A stretch of DNA of 19,166 nt from Oligoflexales bacterium (lineage in GTDB: Bacteria > Bdellovibrionota_B > Oligoflexia > Oligoflexales > CAIYRB01): the NCBI GenBank assembly GCA_041736175.1, contig JBGSUI010000117.1:1-19166 (forward strand), written 5' to 3'. The position numbers and the translations under genes were made by a program. This document shows positions 1 to 8,598 of this stretch, piece by piece; within the stretch, counting starts at the first letter, position 1, and each line of letters starts with the position of its first letter. The notes under the pieces were generated by a model, which saw only the letters and a program-made list of their open reading frames with translations, was not told the origin of the DNA and did no database searches.

Positions 1-63
1 AAGCTTGAAGAATGTCAAGAGTTAGACGAATTTGAAACTGAAGACATTGATAATAATGACTAA
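1..63 (+). CDS. 3' end of an upstream CDS (acidic tail KLEECQELDEFETEDIDNND*), product unknown
   Basis: Frame +1 is open from base 1 to TAA at 61-63. The acidic C-terminus looks protein-like and converges on the 121-372 ORF. Confidence 0.5.
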   Translation, partial: KLEECQELDEFETEDIDNND

Positions 64-120
64 AAACTCATTTTTTACAGGCCTGACAAATTATAGTTGA
101 TAATTTATTTTGATATCAAG

Positions 121-372
121 TCAAATGGTAAAGACTATAGCTGATTTAAATTCCGATTGGCCTGGTGTCTTAACGTACAAAATGCCGCTCCCCATACCGG
201 TATCTTTTTTGCTTAAGATGACCCAAGGTTTGTACGCGTAAGTGCCAGGCTGAGGATCAAGAGTGATAGTGTTCGAGTCTAGTTCTTTCTTTGCTTCCTT
301 CTCTGATGAACCACAGGAAATCACGACAGAAGAGATTAAAAGTATCGACCCATAGACAATCTTAACTTTCAT
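121..372 (-). CDS. Putative lipoprotein, probably 3'-truncated
   Basis: Basic N-terminus, hydrophobic stretch and lipobox-like VISC. LDPQPGTY resembles the start of Fn3-associated/CHB_HEX_C-type Ig repeats, but the ORF stops about 35 aa later. A sigma-28-like promoter lies upstream. Confidence 0.6.
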   Translation of the reverse strand: MKVKIVYGSILLISSVVISCGSSEKEAKKELDSNTITLDPQPGTYAYKPWVILSKKDTGMGSGILYVKTPGQSEFKSAIVFTI

Positions 373-444
373 ATTTACCCTTTCAATTGAAGTTTAATCC
401 CTATAAGAACGCCGCTTCTGCCACGCAAAAGGGCAGCTAAATTT

Positions 445-471
445 ATATCGGCCCATTTTCAGCGATGTTTA
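445..471 (-). promoter_or_regulatory. Sigma-28 (FliA)-type promoter for the 121-372 lipoprotein gene
   Basis: Minus strand reads TAAA(471-468)-15 nt-GCCGATAT(452-445). Consensus is TAAA-N15-GCCGATAA. Confidence 0.7.
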
Positions 472-554
472 GTCAAAGTGCTATATGAAGTTAAGTTATA
501 ATGGAATTATCTCGGATCAATTTTACCCGTAACCTATCAATGATAGGGGGGAAA

Positions 555-869
555 ATGTTACTCCGAGAAGCGGTCGCAAAAAATCTCAAATCCTATAGAG
601 TTAAGTCAGGACTAACCCAAGCTGAGGTCTCCAATCGTACTAAAATAAATATCAGACATATCAGCCAGATAGAAAATGGGACGTTAAATTTAACCTTAGA
701 CACCATCGAACGGTTGGCTATAGGTCTTGGGATTGTCGCTGCAGAGTTATTGCGCCAAGAAGGGAACACTTTAAAGGTCCAAGGGGCCAAAGAAGAGGTT
801 GCAGGGCTGGAAGCAGCAATCCGGATTCTAAAAGGGTACAAGGCTCAAATTGACATAGGGCAGACCTAA
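555..869 (+). CDS. XRE-family helix-turn-helix transcriptional regulator
   Basis: VAKNLKSYRVKSGLTQAEVS...ISQIENGTLNLTLDTIERLAIGLG is a classic HTH_3 pattern. The ATG at 555 follows an AGGGGGG RBS and is preferred to the ORF-track start at 501. Confidence 0.9.
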   Translation: MLLREAVAKNLKSYRVKSGLTQAEVSNRTKINIRHISQIENGTLNLTLDTIERLAIGLGIVAAELLRQEGNTLKVQGAKEEVAGLEAAIRILKGYKAQIDIGQT

Positions 870-921
870 CCCTACTCAAGACATGCCTGATGTACCTATC
901 CCATACTTTTATCTAGATGAT

Positions 922-961
922 TTAGGCCGTAGCCATCTTCTATAGCTGGCTACGGTCCTAA
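922..961. repeat. Inverted repeat / hairpin (possible terminator or protein-binding site)
   Basis: TTAGGCCGTAGCCA (922-935) pairs with TGGCTACGGTCCTAA (947-961), with one bulged base and an 11-nt loop. It lies between the convergent XRE and int genes. Confidence 0.7.
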
Positions 962-1042
962 CGACAGAATCACTACAACACCCGTTATCTGGCGTGATTT
1001 CCAATGATGCAACGCAACTGATTCAAGATGCCTCAATGATCG

Positions 1043-1055
1043 TAACTCATTGATA
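1043..1055 (-). promoter_or_regulatory. IHF-binding consensus site in the att-like region
   Basis: Minus strand TATCAATGAGTTA matches WATCAANNNNTTR exactly, about 120 bp beyond the integrase stop. Confidence 0.6.
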
Positions 1056-1060
1056 AATTT

Positions 1061-1095
1061 AAAAACCCCGCCAGAATCGAGTTCGGCAGGGCTTT
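1061..1095 (-). terminator. Rho-independent terminator downstream of integrase
   Basis: Minus strand AAAGCCCTGCCGAA-CTCGA-TTCTGGCGGGGTTTTT: a GC-rich imperfect stem followed by a T run. Confidence 0.6.
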
Positions 1096-1174
1096 AATAA
1101 ATAGAGATGGCGGGGAATATGAGCCCCGCTTAACATTCCGGATATCATGGGTATTTTATGGAGTTCAAGACTAT

Positions 1175-2272
1175 TCAAGCATCGTTGACTTGAAGCTGTA
1201 GGACCTTACCGACTGACGCTTGAGAATCATGAATCTTCAAAACTGCCGCAGAATCTTTAACGTCGATACCTGCTTCGCGAACATAGCGCATCATCGTGTC
1301 CATATTGTGCCAGCCCCCCATTGCCATGACTTTAACGGGCTCGACACCCCGACTAAGCATTAGCGTCGCCCACGTTGCCCTGAGGTCGTGAAACCTAACA
1401 GGTGGTAAACCGATAGCGACCAAAAAGTTTCTCAGCTCCCGGGCTTGTTCACCCTTATCCCAACGACCTATCCTTGGTAACACAAAGCCACTGGCTCCAG
1501 TCTGCAATTTAAGCACCTTCAGGAAAGACCCCAGTTCAGGGGCCATGTCGACAATGCGCGATTCGCCGTTCTTAGGACTTTTAAAGCCATCTTTGTTATT
1601 CCAACTCTGCGATATCTTCAAAAGTCCGACTTCAAAATCAATATTGTCCCAGGTCAAGGCGTACAGCTCCCCGGAACGCATACCTGTATACAGCGCGGTT
1701 AAAACATGAGGGTACCATTCCCAGTCATGAGCCTTTGCTTTGGCTAACAAAATCTTAGTTTGCTCATAAGTTAGGACTGTTTTAAGCTTTTTCCCGATCT
1801 TAAACTTCATCTGAGGAGATGGATTCCTAGACAGGTGTCCGCTTTCAACGGCGTGTTCGAACGCGAGCCTGACAAACTTTAGTATGGCCTTCCTATAACT
1901 TTCAGAGCCTCCAGCAAAATCCACTGCAATCAGAGTACGAATTTCGTCTGTCGTGATGGTGTCGACTAGCCGGGCTGCCCATCGCGACATCGTTGCAGCC
2001 TTAAGATTTTTATCCGCGTTATAAATAGTCTTTTTTGCGAGGCCTTTTGCTTCACACGCTTTAAGGTATGAGGAAACAAGATTCTCCCAAGTAGGTACTA
2101 AGTCTGTTCGAATAAGTCCTTCAACATGCAAAACGATGTCTTTATAAGCCCGCTTCGCGGCGGCCTCGGTCGAGTATCTCCAAGCAGTATTGATATACTT
2201 TTTCGTCACAGGATGGCGCTTTCCATAAGTCAAGACCCACATTTGAGACTTTTCATGAAATTTAATGTTCAT
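1175..2272 (-). CDS. int: Tyrosine recombinase / phage integrase
   Basis: Catalytic set TGMRSGEL (R), SPKN (K), FHDLR (HxxR), GW...MMRY (W, Y). 365 aa with N-terminal arm-binding and core-binding-like regions. Confidence 0.95.
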   Translation of the reverse strand: MNIKFHEKSQMWVLTYGKRHPVTKKYINTAWRYSTEAAAKRAYKDIVLHVEGLIRTDLVPTWENLVSSYLKACEAKGLAKKTIYNADKNLKAATMSRWAARLVDTITTDEIRTLIAVDFAGGSESYRKAILKFVRLAFEHAVESGHLSRNPSPQMKFKIGKKLKTVLTYEQTKILLAKAKAHDWEWYPHVLTALYTGMRSGELYALTWDNIDFEVGLLKISQSWNNKDGFKSPKNGESRIVDMAPELGSFLKVLKLQTGASGFVLPRIGRWDKGEQARELRNFLVAIGLPPVRFHDLRATWATLMLSRGVEPVKVMAMGGWHNMDTMMRYVREAGIDVKDSAAVLKIHDSQASVGKVLQLQVNDA

Positions 2273-2565
2273 TGGAAACCTTTCTTATCGCTTTGCTTTA
2301 GAAGGTTTCGCAACTCACTCTTGTTATAACGGCTACGACTGCCAAGTTTGTAGCACCTAATCTCAGCCCGCCAAACCATATTGCGTAAAGCTCCACTAGA
2401 GATTCGCAGGTAGGTGCAGGCTTCCGCATGTGTCAGCCATTCGTCTAAATTTTCAAAGAGCTCGCCCGAAATGGGCTCAGATTTGCCAATTTCCCTCATT
2501 TCCTGCTCCGTTTTCAACCTCGATTTGGAAAGCGCCCTACATCTCCTATGTTGCGTTAGTGTCAT
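2269..2565 (-). CDS. xis: Excisionase-like (HTH_17) DNA-binding protein
   Basis: WLTHAEACTYLRISSGALRNMVWRAEIRCYKLGSRSRYNKSEL fits the excisionase winged helix. ATGA overlap with int at 2269-2272. An alternative start at 2499 also has a GGAG RBS. Confidence 0.85.
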   Translation of the reverse strand: MTLTQHRRCRALSKSRLKTEQEMREIGKSEPISGELFENLDEWLTHAEACTYLRISSGALRNMVWRAEIRCYKLGSRSRYNKSELRNLLKQSDKKGFQ

Positions 2566-2607
2566 GGTAGTCCCTCGACATAAGCCAGGCTTAGCTGAGC
2601 TGAAAAT

Positions 2608-4695
2608 CTAAGCGTCATCTAAGCCCCCTTGATTCCTATAGGGCACAATGCGTCCATCGGTAGACCTAATCAAATTGCCCTTTTTATACCAACGGTCAGC
2701 AAAGTAGCTTTCAACCTTGATCTCGACATCTGGAGCTACCACTCGCATTGCTCTTACAGCAATACTTTCGACATCTTGAAGGATTTTTTCCAGATCCCCC
2801 GAGGTAGGAATTTCTAGAATAAATTCGTCGTGGACAAAGTTGACGACCTTATACCCTGCGCGCACGAGCCTATACAGGGCGATTTTGGTCCCGTCCGAAG
2901 CCAGCCCTTGAAAAGGGGTGTTCTTTGCTGCGCAATATCCACACCAAGCTCGGACCCTCCCTGTTTTCAATCGAACCGTTATGTTGCTAAGGACCACTTT
3001 CTGTAGCTCTTTAGAACCCTTAGATATCCTGCGAAAACCAGGCAAAATAGCCGGAAGAACTTCGTCAAATGCCCATGCCGTCAATTGCTCTGAATAGTGG
3101 CTACCCTTGGTATTGCTTTCATGTCCGCCGATGATTCTCAGAAATATCTTAGCTGCAATTTCTGAAGCATCCTGCCCCCAAAAAGCCTGCGGGCATGCCG
3201 AGAAATCATACATCGATAACAACTGGCGCAGGCTATTTCGATCCTCATCTAGATATTTGCGCATTTCAGGAAAAGCGTCGAGCCATTGGTCCCTATACCC
3301 GATCGCCTCTAGCTCAGTTAGACCCTGTATACTGTAGGTTTTCCTAGCATAGTCCAAAAATGCTTTTGCACCTAAACCCCCTGGAAAGCCGAAATTACAA
3401 GCTTTTGCCAGCTGTCTCTCCTCAGAAGTGATTTCTGATTCCTCCTTGTTAAGCAAAACTGAAGCAAACCATCGATGAAGATCAACCCCTTCGTTTATTA
3501 ACTGCATCATTCTACTTTCGCCATAGCGCTCGAAACATGACTGAGCCAATGTGCAAAGCTCTAGTTGATTATAGTCCACCAACAGAAAATGGTGATCAGG
3601 AGAGGGGACAAAGCATTCGCGAATGCCATGAGTACGAGGCAAATTTTGCAAATTCGGGCCACTGCAACTGGTTCTGCCAGTATTTACCAGGACGTTGAAT
3701 CTTGGGTAGATCCGATTTCCGGACAATTTATTTATAAAAGATAGCAGATTTAGAGTCTCCCGATAGGTCGCATAGGCATTAATAAAAATAGATTGATCCC
3801 GAAACGGACTGAGATGCTCTTCTTTGGTAGATCTATCGCCTTTTTTTCCTGTTTTTTCGAGGGTTATGCCCAGACGCTGTTCCTCTTCGCGAAGCATCGA
3901 TTGAATACCAGCGCTGACCCCTTTAGTCCCTGGAACGACCCCAAATTGGTGAAGAGTTCTGAGACTGGCATTCGATTTAACGTTTAGGTTTTTGATAACA
4001 CGTTGCCGATATTCCTCCGCTAGCCCGATGCCGTTTAATTCAATCCTATGCAACCCAAATGCTCCCATAATTTGAATCTTATGGGAAAGGTAGTATTTAG
4101 GATCTATAGCTTGAACACGAGCCCAAAGGACATCATAAATCAACCAGGTGGCAATGGTATCAGATGCCGCATATATCTGCGACTTTTCGTCTATATTCTC
4201 ATAGTTGATTTCGTTGTTTTTGTTGTCTTGGATATATGATCCAAAACCTTTTCTAACACCTTCATCTTTGTTTAAATGAATACCCAGCAACTCATCGGCG
4301 AGTGCCTTGAGGGACCATCCCCTCGGGACATCTCCTGTCGTCGCTAACTTTATAAGTCTATAAAGGAGGCCTGTATCCCAGACTCGATTACCGCGGATCG
4401 CTTGGTCGAAATTGAATGGAGTGCTGGCCTCAAGAACGTGAATATCAAAAGGCCCGTTGTGCATAATAAACTGAGCTCCGCGATGAGCTTCCAAAAAAAA
4501 TTGCATTTGTTGCGCCCTAATGAAATACACCGAATCGGTACCGAAATAGGCCTGTGCCAAAATCAACTGTGGAATTTCACCTTTTTTGATTAAAGAGGTT
4601 TCCGTATCAAGGGACACTTTATTACCAAGATGACCTAGGCTAGGCTCCCAATATTCAATCTGATACAGGTTTTTGTTAAACTCAAATTTCAACAT
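2608..4695 (-). CDS. Family A DNA polymerase with 3'-5' exonuclease domain and no 5' nuclease domain (element-encoded)
   Basis: Exo I SLDTET, Exo II HNGPFD, Exo III YAASD. Polymerase motifs TGRTSCSGPNLQNLP, A DYNQLEL, B RQLAKACNFGFPGG, NTPFQG and C FVHDE. The ATG at 4695 has GGAGG upstream and overlaps the primase gene end by 14 nt. Confidence 0.93.
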   Translation of the reverse strand: MLKFEFNKNLYQIEYWEPSLGHLGNKVSLDTETSLIKKGEIPQLILAQAYFGTDSVYFIRAQQMQFFLEAHRGAQFIMHNGPFDIHVLEASTPFNFDQAIRGNRVWDTGLLYRLIKLATTGDVPRGWSLKALADELLGIHLNKDEGVRKGFGSYIQDNKNNEINYENIDEKSQIYAASDTIATWLIYDVLWARVQAIDPKYYLSHKIQIMGAFGLHRIELNGIGLAEEYRQRVIKNLNVKSNASLRTLHQFGVVPGTKGVSAGIQSMLREEEQRLGITLEKTGKKGDRSTKEEHLSPFRDQSIFINAYATYRETLNLLSFINKLSGNRIYPRFNVLVNTGRTSCSGPNLQNLPRTHGIRECFVPSPDHHFLLVDYNQLELCTLAQSCFERYGESRMMQLINEGVDLHRWFASVLLNKEESEITSEERQLAKACNFGFPGGLGAKAFLDYARKTYSIQGLTELEAIGYRDQWLDAFPEMRKYLDEDRNSLRQLLSMYDFSACPQAFWGQDASEIAAKIFLRIIGGHESNTKGSHYSEQLTAWAFDEVLPAILPGFRRISKGSKELQKVVLSNITVRLKTGRVRAWCGYCAAKNTPFQGLASDGTKIALYRLVRAGYKVVNFVHDEFILEIPTSGDLEKILQDVESIAVRAMRVVAPDVEIKVESYFADRWYKKGNLIRSTDGRIVPYRNQGGLDDA

Positions 4696-7288
4696 ACCAC
4701 CCCTCCACTGAAGAGTTAGACTCATTGAATCCAACATGTGATTGGGCATCGCATCCAGAGATCTCGACTTTATTGTCTAAATTGTCGTTCGCCTCAGCAT
4801 ATGAGGTCTGTTTTGTCTCCGCATCTCCGCAAAGGTCAGAGATGGCGACTTGGATCTTTGCGATAGATGGTTCGGTGGCGGGTTTTGATATTAGAAGAGA
4901 GTAGTGGTTTGATTTATCATGTGAATCCATTTTTGCCTCCAAAACTCCGCTTTGACCATTTTCCAGTGGGATCGTTTTACCGACATACCTCGAAAGTATA
5001 GTCGCCATTGCCCTAAATTTCCCAGAACCGTTGAAGCCACTTAGTTCACCTTTGAACAACCCCATGGATGCTGCCTTTTCCGCGAACACCTTAGGTTTTC
5101 CATTTAGATCAGGGTTTGTAAAAAACAATTCCTGGATGTCACTAAACTCACTTGAAAAACTGACTTCAGCGGACTTGCGGTTATCAAGAAAACTTGAAAA
5201 CCCGTTTGCCTCTAGGATTCCGCCTATCATCCGAGTAAACTTCCTGAATCGAAATTCTTTTTGGCATTCCGGCATCCCCTTTTCTTTCCACACCTCAACC
5301 ATCCCGATTAGCTCTGCTCGGATTTTCCTTAAATTCTTGAGTGCAAATGCCTTTGGATCCAGAATCGCAAATTTTAATTCGGAGGAATCCCCTTCATAGT
5401 GCAGATTGACTGGAAGACTTCGGGAAATTAAATCGGGACTTAATTTTGGAGAATTGGCTGTTAAAGTAAAATCATGGGTGTTCGGGACGCTTATCAATTT
5501 ATTTTGACCTAAGAGTCGAAAGTTTAATATAGAGTCCGTTATAGAGCGCTCAAGTGTCGCAGAGGATATTTCTGGCGCTCGATTTGATATTTTCGCATTA
5601 TCAATAACGATTTGGGTCGCACCCTCACGCACCAATGAAGCCAGTTGCTTCTCAAACTCTTCGTCGTTAGGATTGTAGGAGATGGTCTTTGAAAAAGCAC
5701 CCGAACGGATAATGGCACTGGTCTGAGCTACTGTGGTTTTACCCAGACCTCGCTGATTACCTTGCAATAGCGTCATCGGTTTATCGCCAATGAAATGTGC
5801 CGGAAAGAGCGAAGACAAGAGGCTTCCGAGAAAATTATCAGAAGAGCCATCATTTGCAAAGCAGATATCATCCATCAACTGCTTTAGGTATTCGAAGCGG
5901 TACGAAGGCTCAATTGGATCACCGACAAAATAAATGCGATCTCGTTCGTTGAAGCCAGAAGACACAAGTTTTAAGTCGCTGTCGTAAACCGGAAGGGCGA
6001 TTACGGTCAAAATTTCTTGAAACCCGCTCATCGTAGGTTCGTGATTTAGAAATATGTCCATTTCAGTAGGACTAGGAAGTGGGTAAGTAAGATTCCCTAC
6101 CTTGTCTTGCTCAGAAAAGGTAATGAATTCCATTATGAAACCAATAAATAGCTTGGATTCGGACAAGTATTTTGCTGAATTTTTTCCGATATACACCGGC
6201 AGATTCCCAATCCTATAGGCTTTCCCAGTGTTGTTTAGTATTCCCAAAATCTCTGCCCATTTAGCATCATAGGTCCGCTCCGAACCCCAATCGATAAGCC
6301 GCTTATTTGTGTGCTCTTCGTATCTGTCGCCAAAGTCCTCAAGGTCCATTCGGCGAGAATTTTGACTGTGATTTTTTGATATTAGATTGATATCTCCTTT
6401 GGGTATGTGGAACTTCTTTTTAAGAACATTTTGTAGTTTAGATTTTTCAACAGCATCCCCGATATAAGTATGGAATTTCAGCACTATATCGCAAAATAGG
6501 CTTTCTCCGTATCGGTCTGTTAATTCATCAAAACGTTCGGATACCCGGAATAGAGGCCAAGGGAGTGAGTAATTGATAACCTCTTGTTGTAATTCTTGCG
6601 CGCTATACTTGACCAAATAGTCATCGACTTTAAAGTCTTTCATATCAATTAGATGTTCTCGAACGCGGGAGTCTGCAACCAATAGCACAATATAGGGTTC
6701 TGCTCCTTTTTCTTTCAAAACTTCACATAGACATGCCGCCGCCTTTAAAACATGCATATTTCTTGTCATGGAGGCGTCAAAAAACACATAGATCCTCCTT
6801 CTTTTTATCGGAAAAATGTTTAAACTGGGCCTGAATATTTTAGACCCGTCCTCAGCACTCGAAATAAAGTTGAAAACTCCGGGTGCAGCGACAGCTAGAA
6901 AACCACTAGCATTCATTGCGATTGCCTTCTTTTCCCCCTCTAAGAGATAGAGCGGTACGTCGATATCAGCGATGCTTGTTCGGTCTAAGTTTAGAGGGAC
7001 ATAGATATCCGTTTTTACACCTTTCGGCTGTAAATACTTCTTCAATTTTCCGTGGCTATTCTCCCAGGGATCGTCAGGTTTTAAACGAATAAAAACTTGA
7101 GATTTACTAGGATCCCCGTTAGAGAAATAAGGAAAACCAAGCGCAGGAGTAGGCCCCATGCCACTTATATTTAATATCAAAGCTGAATCCCTAGGATCCG
7201 TGATATTTAGCAGGCCGCATTTTTGGGCGAGATCCGGTGAAATCCCTGATTCTGCTAGATCTTCTAACTGCCTAATAGTATAATTCAT
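4682..7288 (-). CDS. DUF3854/Toprim-like primase fused to a P-loop NTPase (helicase-like) domain
   Basis: N-terminal RLKPD...KYLQP, LLEGEKKA, FFDA and VDDYL are Toprim-like motifs. C-terminal Walker A GNQRGLGKTT, Walker B-like IVIDN and a LTAN sensor-like motif. 868 aa. Confidence 0.82.
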   Translation of the reverse strand: MNYTIRQLEDLAESGISPDLAQKCGLLNITDPRDSALILNISGMGPTPALGFPYFSNGDPSKSQVFIRLKPDDPWENSHGKLKKYLQPKGVKTDIYVPLNLDRTSIADIDVPLYLLEGEKKAIAMNASGFLAVAAPGVFNFISSAEDGSKIFRPSLNIFPIKRRRIYVFFDASMTRNMHVLKAAACLCEVLKEKGAEPYIVLLVADSRVREHLIDMKDFKVDDYLVKYSAQELQQEVINYSLPWPLFRVSERFDELTDRYGESLFCDIVLKFHTYIGDAVEKSKLQNVLKKKFHIPKGDINLISKNHSQNSRRMDLEDFGDRYEEHTNKRLIDWGSERTYDAKWAEILGILNNTGKAYRIGNLPVYIGKNSAKYLSESKLFIGFIMEFITFSEQDKVGNLTYPLPSPTEMDIFLNHEPTMSGFQEILTVIALPVYDSDLKLVSSGFNERDRIYFVGDPIEPSYRFEYLKQLMDDICFANDGSSDNFLGSLLSSLFPAHFIGDKPMTLLQGNQRGLGKTTVAQTSAIIRSGAFSKTISYNPNDEEFEKQLASLVREGATQIVIDNAKISNRAPEISSATLERSITDSILNFRLLGQNKLISVPNTHDFTLTANSPKLSPDLISRSLPVNLHYEGDSSELKFAILDPKAFALKNLRKIRAELIGMVEVWKEKGMPECQKEFRFRKFTRMIGGILEANGFSSFLDNRKSAEVSFSSEFSDIQELFFTNPDLNGKPKVFAEKAASMGLFKGELSGFNGSGKFRAMATILSRYVGKTIPLENGQSGVLEAKMDSHDKSNHYSLLISKPATEPSIAKIQVAISDLCGDAETKQTSYAEANDNLDNKVEISGCDAQSHVGFNESNSSVEGWYVEI
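4815..4830 (-). repeat. Two tandem 8-bp iteron-like units (GCGGAGAT, GCGGAGAC) in the 3' end of the primase gene
   Basis: Plus strand reads GTCTCCGC ATCTCCGC. This is the same unit as 9153-9176 in the opposite orientation. Confidence 0.65.
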
Positions 7289-7300
7289 TTAAAGTCCTTC

Positions 7301-7321
7301 GGCCCATTGGGCCTTTTTTTT
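7301..7321 (+). terminator. Short hairpin plus T8 tract, antisense to the primase leader
   Basis: GGCCC-ATT-GGGCC followed by TTTTTTTT. The stem is only 5 bp. Confidence 0.35.
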
Positions 7322-7390
7322 GTTAAAAAATTTCTACCGAGTAAATTTCCATTTTCTTACAGGCACGTTGACTTGAAAAAGCCGCTCCAG

Positions 7391-7612
7391 TTAGAGACGT
7401 TTACTCCCCGTTCCATCATCAAGGTCAACTGCAAGAAAGTGCTGAATCTTTTTGAGAGCCTCTAAAGTCGGTAGCGACCTTCCCATCCAATGACGGATAG
7501 TTTCTGGTCTCAGACCTGCCGCTTTGGCTAGAGCCTTTTCGCTGCCAGCTTTTGCCACTCCAGCTTTGATGATGGCTATAGCCTGATCCTCGATGTCTTG
7601 ATTATTGCTCAC
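7391..7612 (-). CDS. Small Cro-like HTH regulator
   Basis: GSEKALAKAAGLRPETIRHWMGRSLPTLEALKKI is a Cro/XRE HTH. GTG start with GGGAGG RBS. It heads the replication genes. Confidence 0.8.
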   Translation of the reverse strand: MSNNQDIEDQAIAIIKAGVAKAGSEKALAKAAGLRPETIRHWMGRSLPTLEALKKIQHFLAVDLDDGTGSKRL

Positions 7613-7731
7613 TTACTGCCTCCCATTTTAAAATTTTAACCGTCCGCCCGGTAGTTGTGGCAACCGGCCTAGCTATTTGTTAAAGGTATTCCCATTCCAA
7701 CATTTTTTTATGGGGGCAACTCAAGAAGTTT

Positions 7732-8430
7732 ATGACAAAACAAAAGCGGCGGACGTCACCGGTATGGGAAGATATGGATCCGTTTGGATCATGGGGCAGA
7801 TTCAAAGGAAAGTGCAAGGAAGAGCTGAAGGATTGGTTACGATGGTGTGACATCGTGAAAAAAAACAAGCTTGGAAGATTGCACGGCTCTCCAGAATTTT
7901 TCCACGAGGATTTTCCCATGCTTAGCGGAGTAAGGCTTTGGTGGGAATTAGCAGTCTCTCTTAAAATCTCACGTTCGCAAATTGCGCTGCAAATGAATAC
8001 ATATTCTACTCACCGCGATCCTATCGGTATCATTAAAGGAATTGTGGATTTGTTAACGGGTACTCCCACACCGACAGAAAGGGCAATTTCCCCCCTGCTC
8101 CTGGCTGATTTCGCAGTTTCCTGTAGTTATCTTTGTTGGGGTGCGCAAACCGATGTGGAAAAACACAGGCAAGGCGGCAACATCCATCAAAGAATACTAA
8201 ACGAAGAGCGCCGTAATTGGGCCTATGAACTAAGACGCCAAAATAAATATGTAAGTGGAATACAGCCGCCTGACGAGTTTTTTATTAAGGTTGAAGAAAA
8301 AATAGAGAATCATTTGGTCGAAAAAACTGACGAAATCTGGCGCCAAAATCTGGCTATAGCAGATGACTACGATCGCCTTCTGTTTAATTGGGATAAAAAA
8401 AATAAATGTAAAAATAGAGAATTACGCTAG
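7732..8430 (+). CDS. Hypothetical protein, divergent from the Cro-like gene
   Basis: 232-aa ORF filling the gap between two minus-strand genes. No motif recognised. Confidence 0.7.
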   Translation: MTKQKRRTSPVWEDMDPFGSWGRFKGKCKEELKDWLRWCDIVKKNKLGRLHGSPEFFHEDFPMLSGVRLWWELAVSLKISRSQIALQMNTYSTHRDPIGIIKGIVDLLTGTPTPTERAISPLLLADFAVSCSYLCWGAQTDVEKHRQGGNIHQRILNEERRNWAYELRRQNKYVSGIQPPDEFFIKVEEKIENHLVEKTDEIWRQNLAIADDYDRLLFNWDKKNKCKNRELR

Positions 8431-8598
8431 AGCTAATCCCGCAGTTAAGTCTTCAGCTACCATTAATCAAAACAGTTTAAATTTTTTTAAATCTGAAACC
8501 TATGGCTCAGTGGGGGAATGACTCAGACTCATGGCGAGTAGTCTACCCGTCCATACACATAGCCATTTCTTAGCCGATTCTTTTCAAGATTTTTGCTT

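Noticed and set aside
1090..1174. tRNA gene at the integration site
   Set aside because: Only a CCCCGCCA-like end is present on the minus strand. There is no GTTCRA T-loop at the right distance and no cloverleaf.
2608..4749. Host polA, and the ORF-track start at 4749
   Set aside because: There is no 5' nuclease domain, motif B is atypical and the context is a mobile element. The ATG at 4695 has the GGAGG RBS.
593..7919. Short antisense ORFs in the track (593-841, 2126-2329, 2414-2611, 2629-2817, 3107-3337, 3793-3987, 4048-4239, 4402-4593, 5031-5399, 7680-7919)
   Set aside because: All lie opposite better-supported genes and carry no motifs. They are shadow ORFs.
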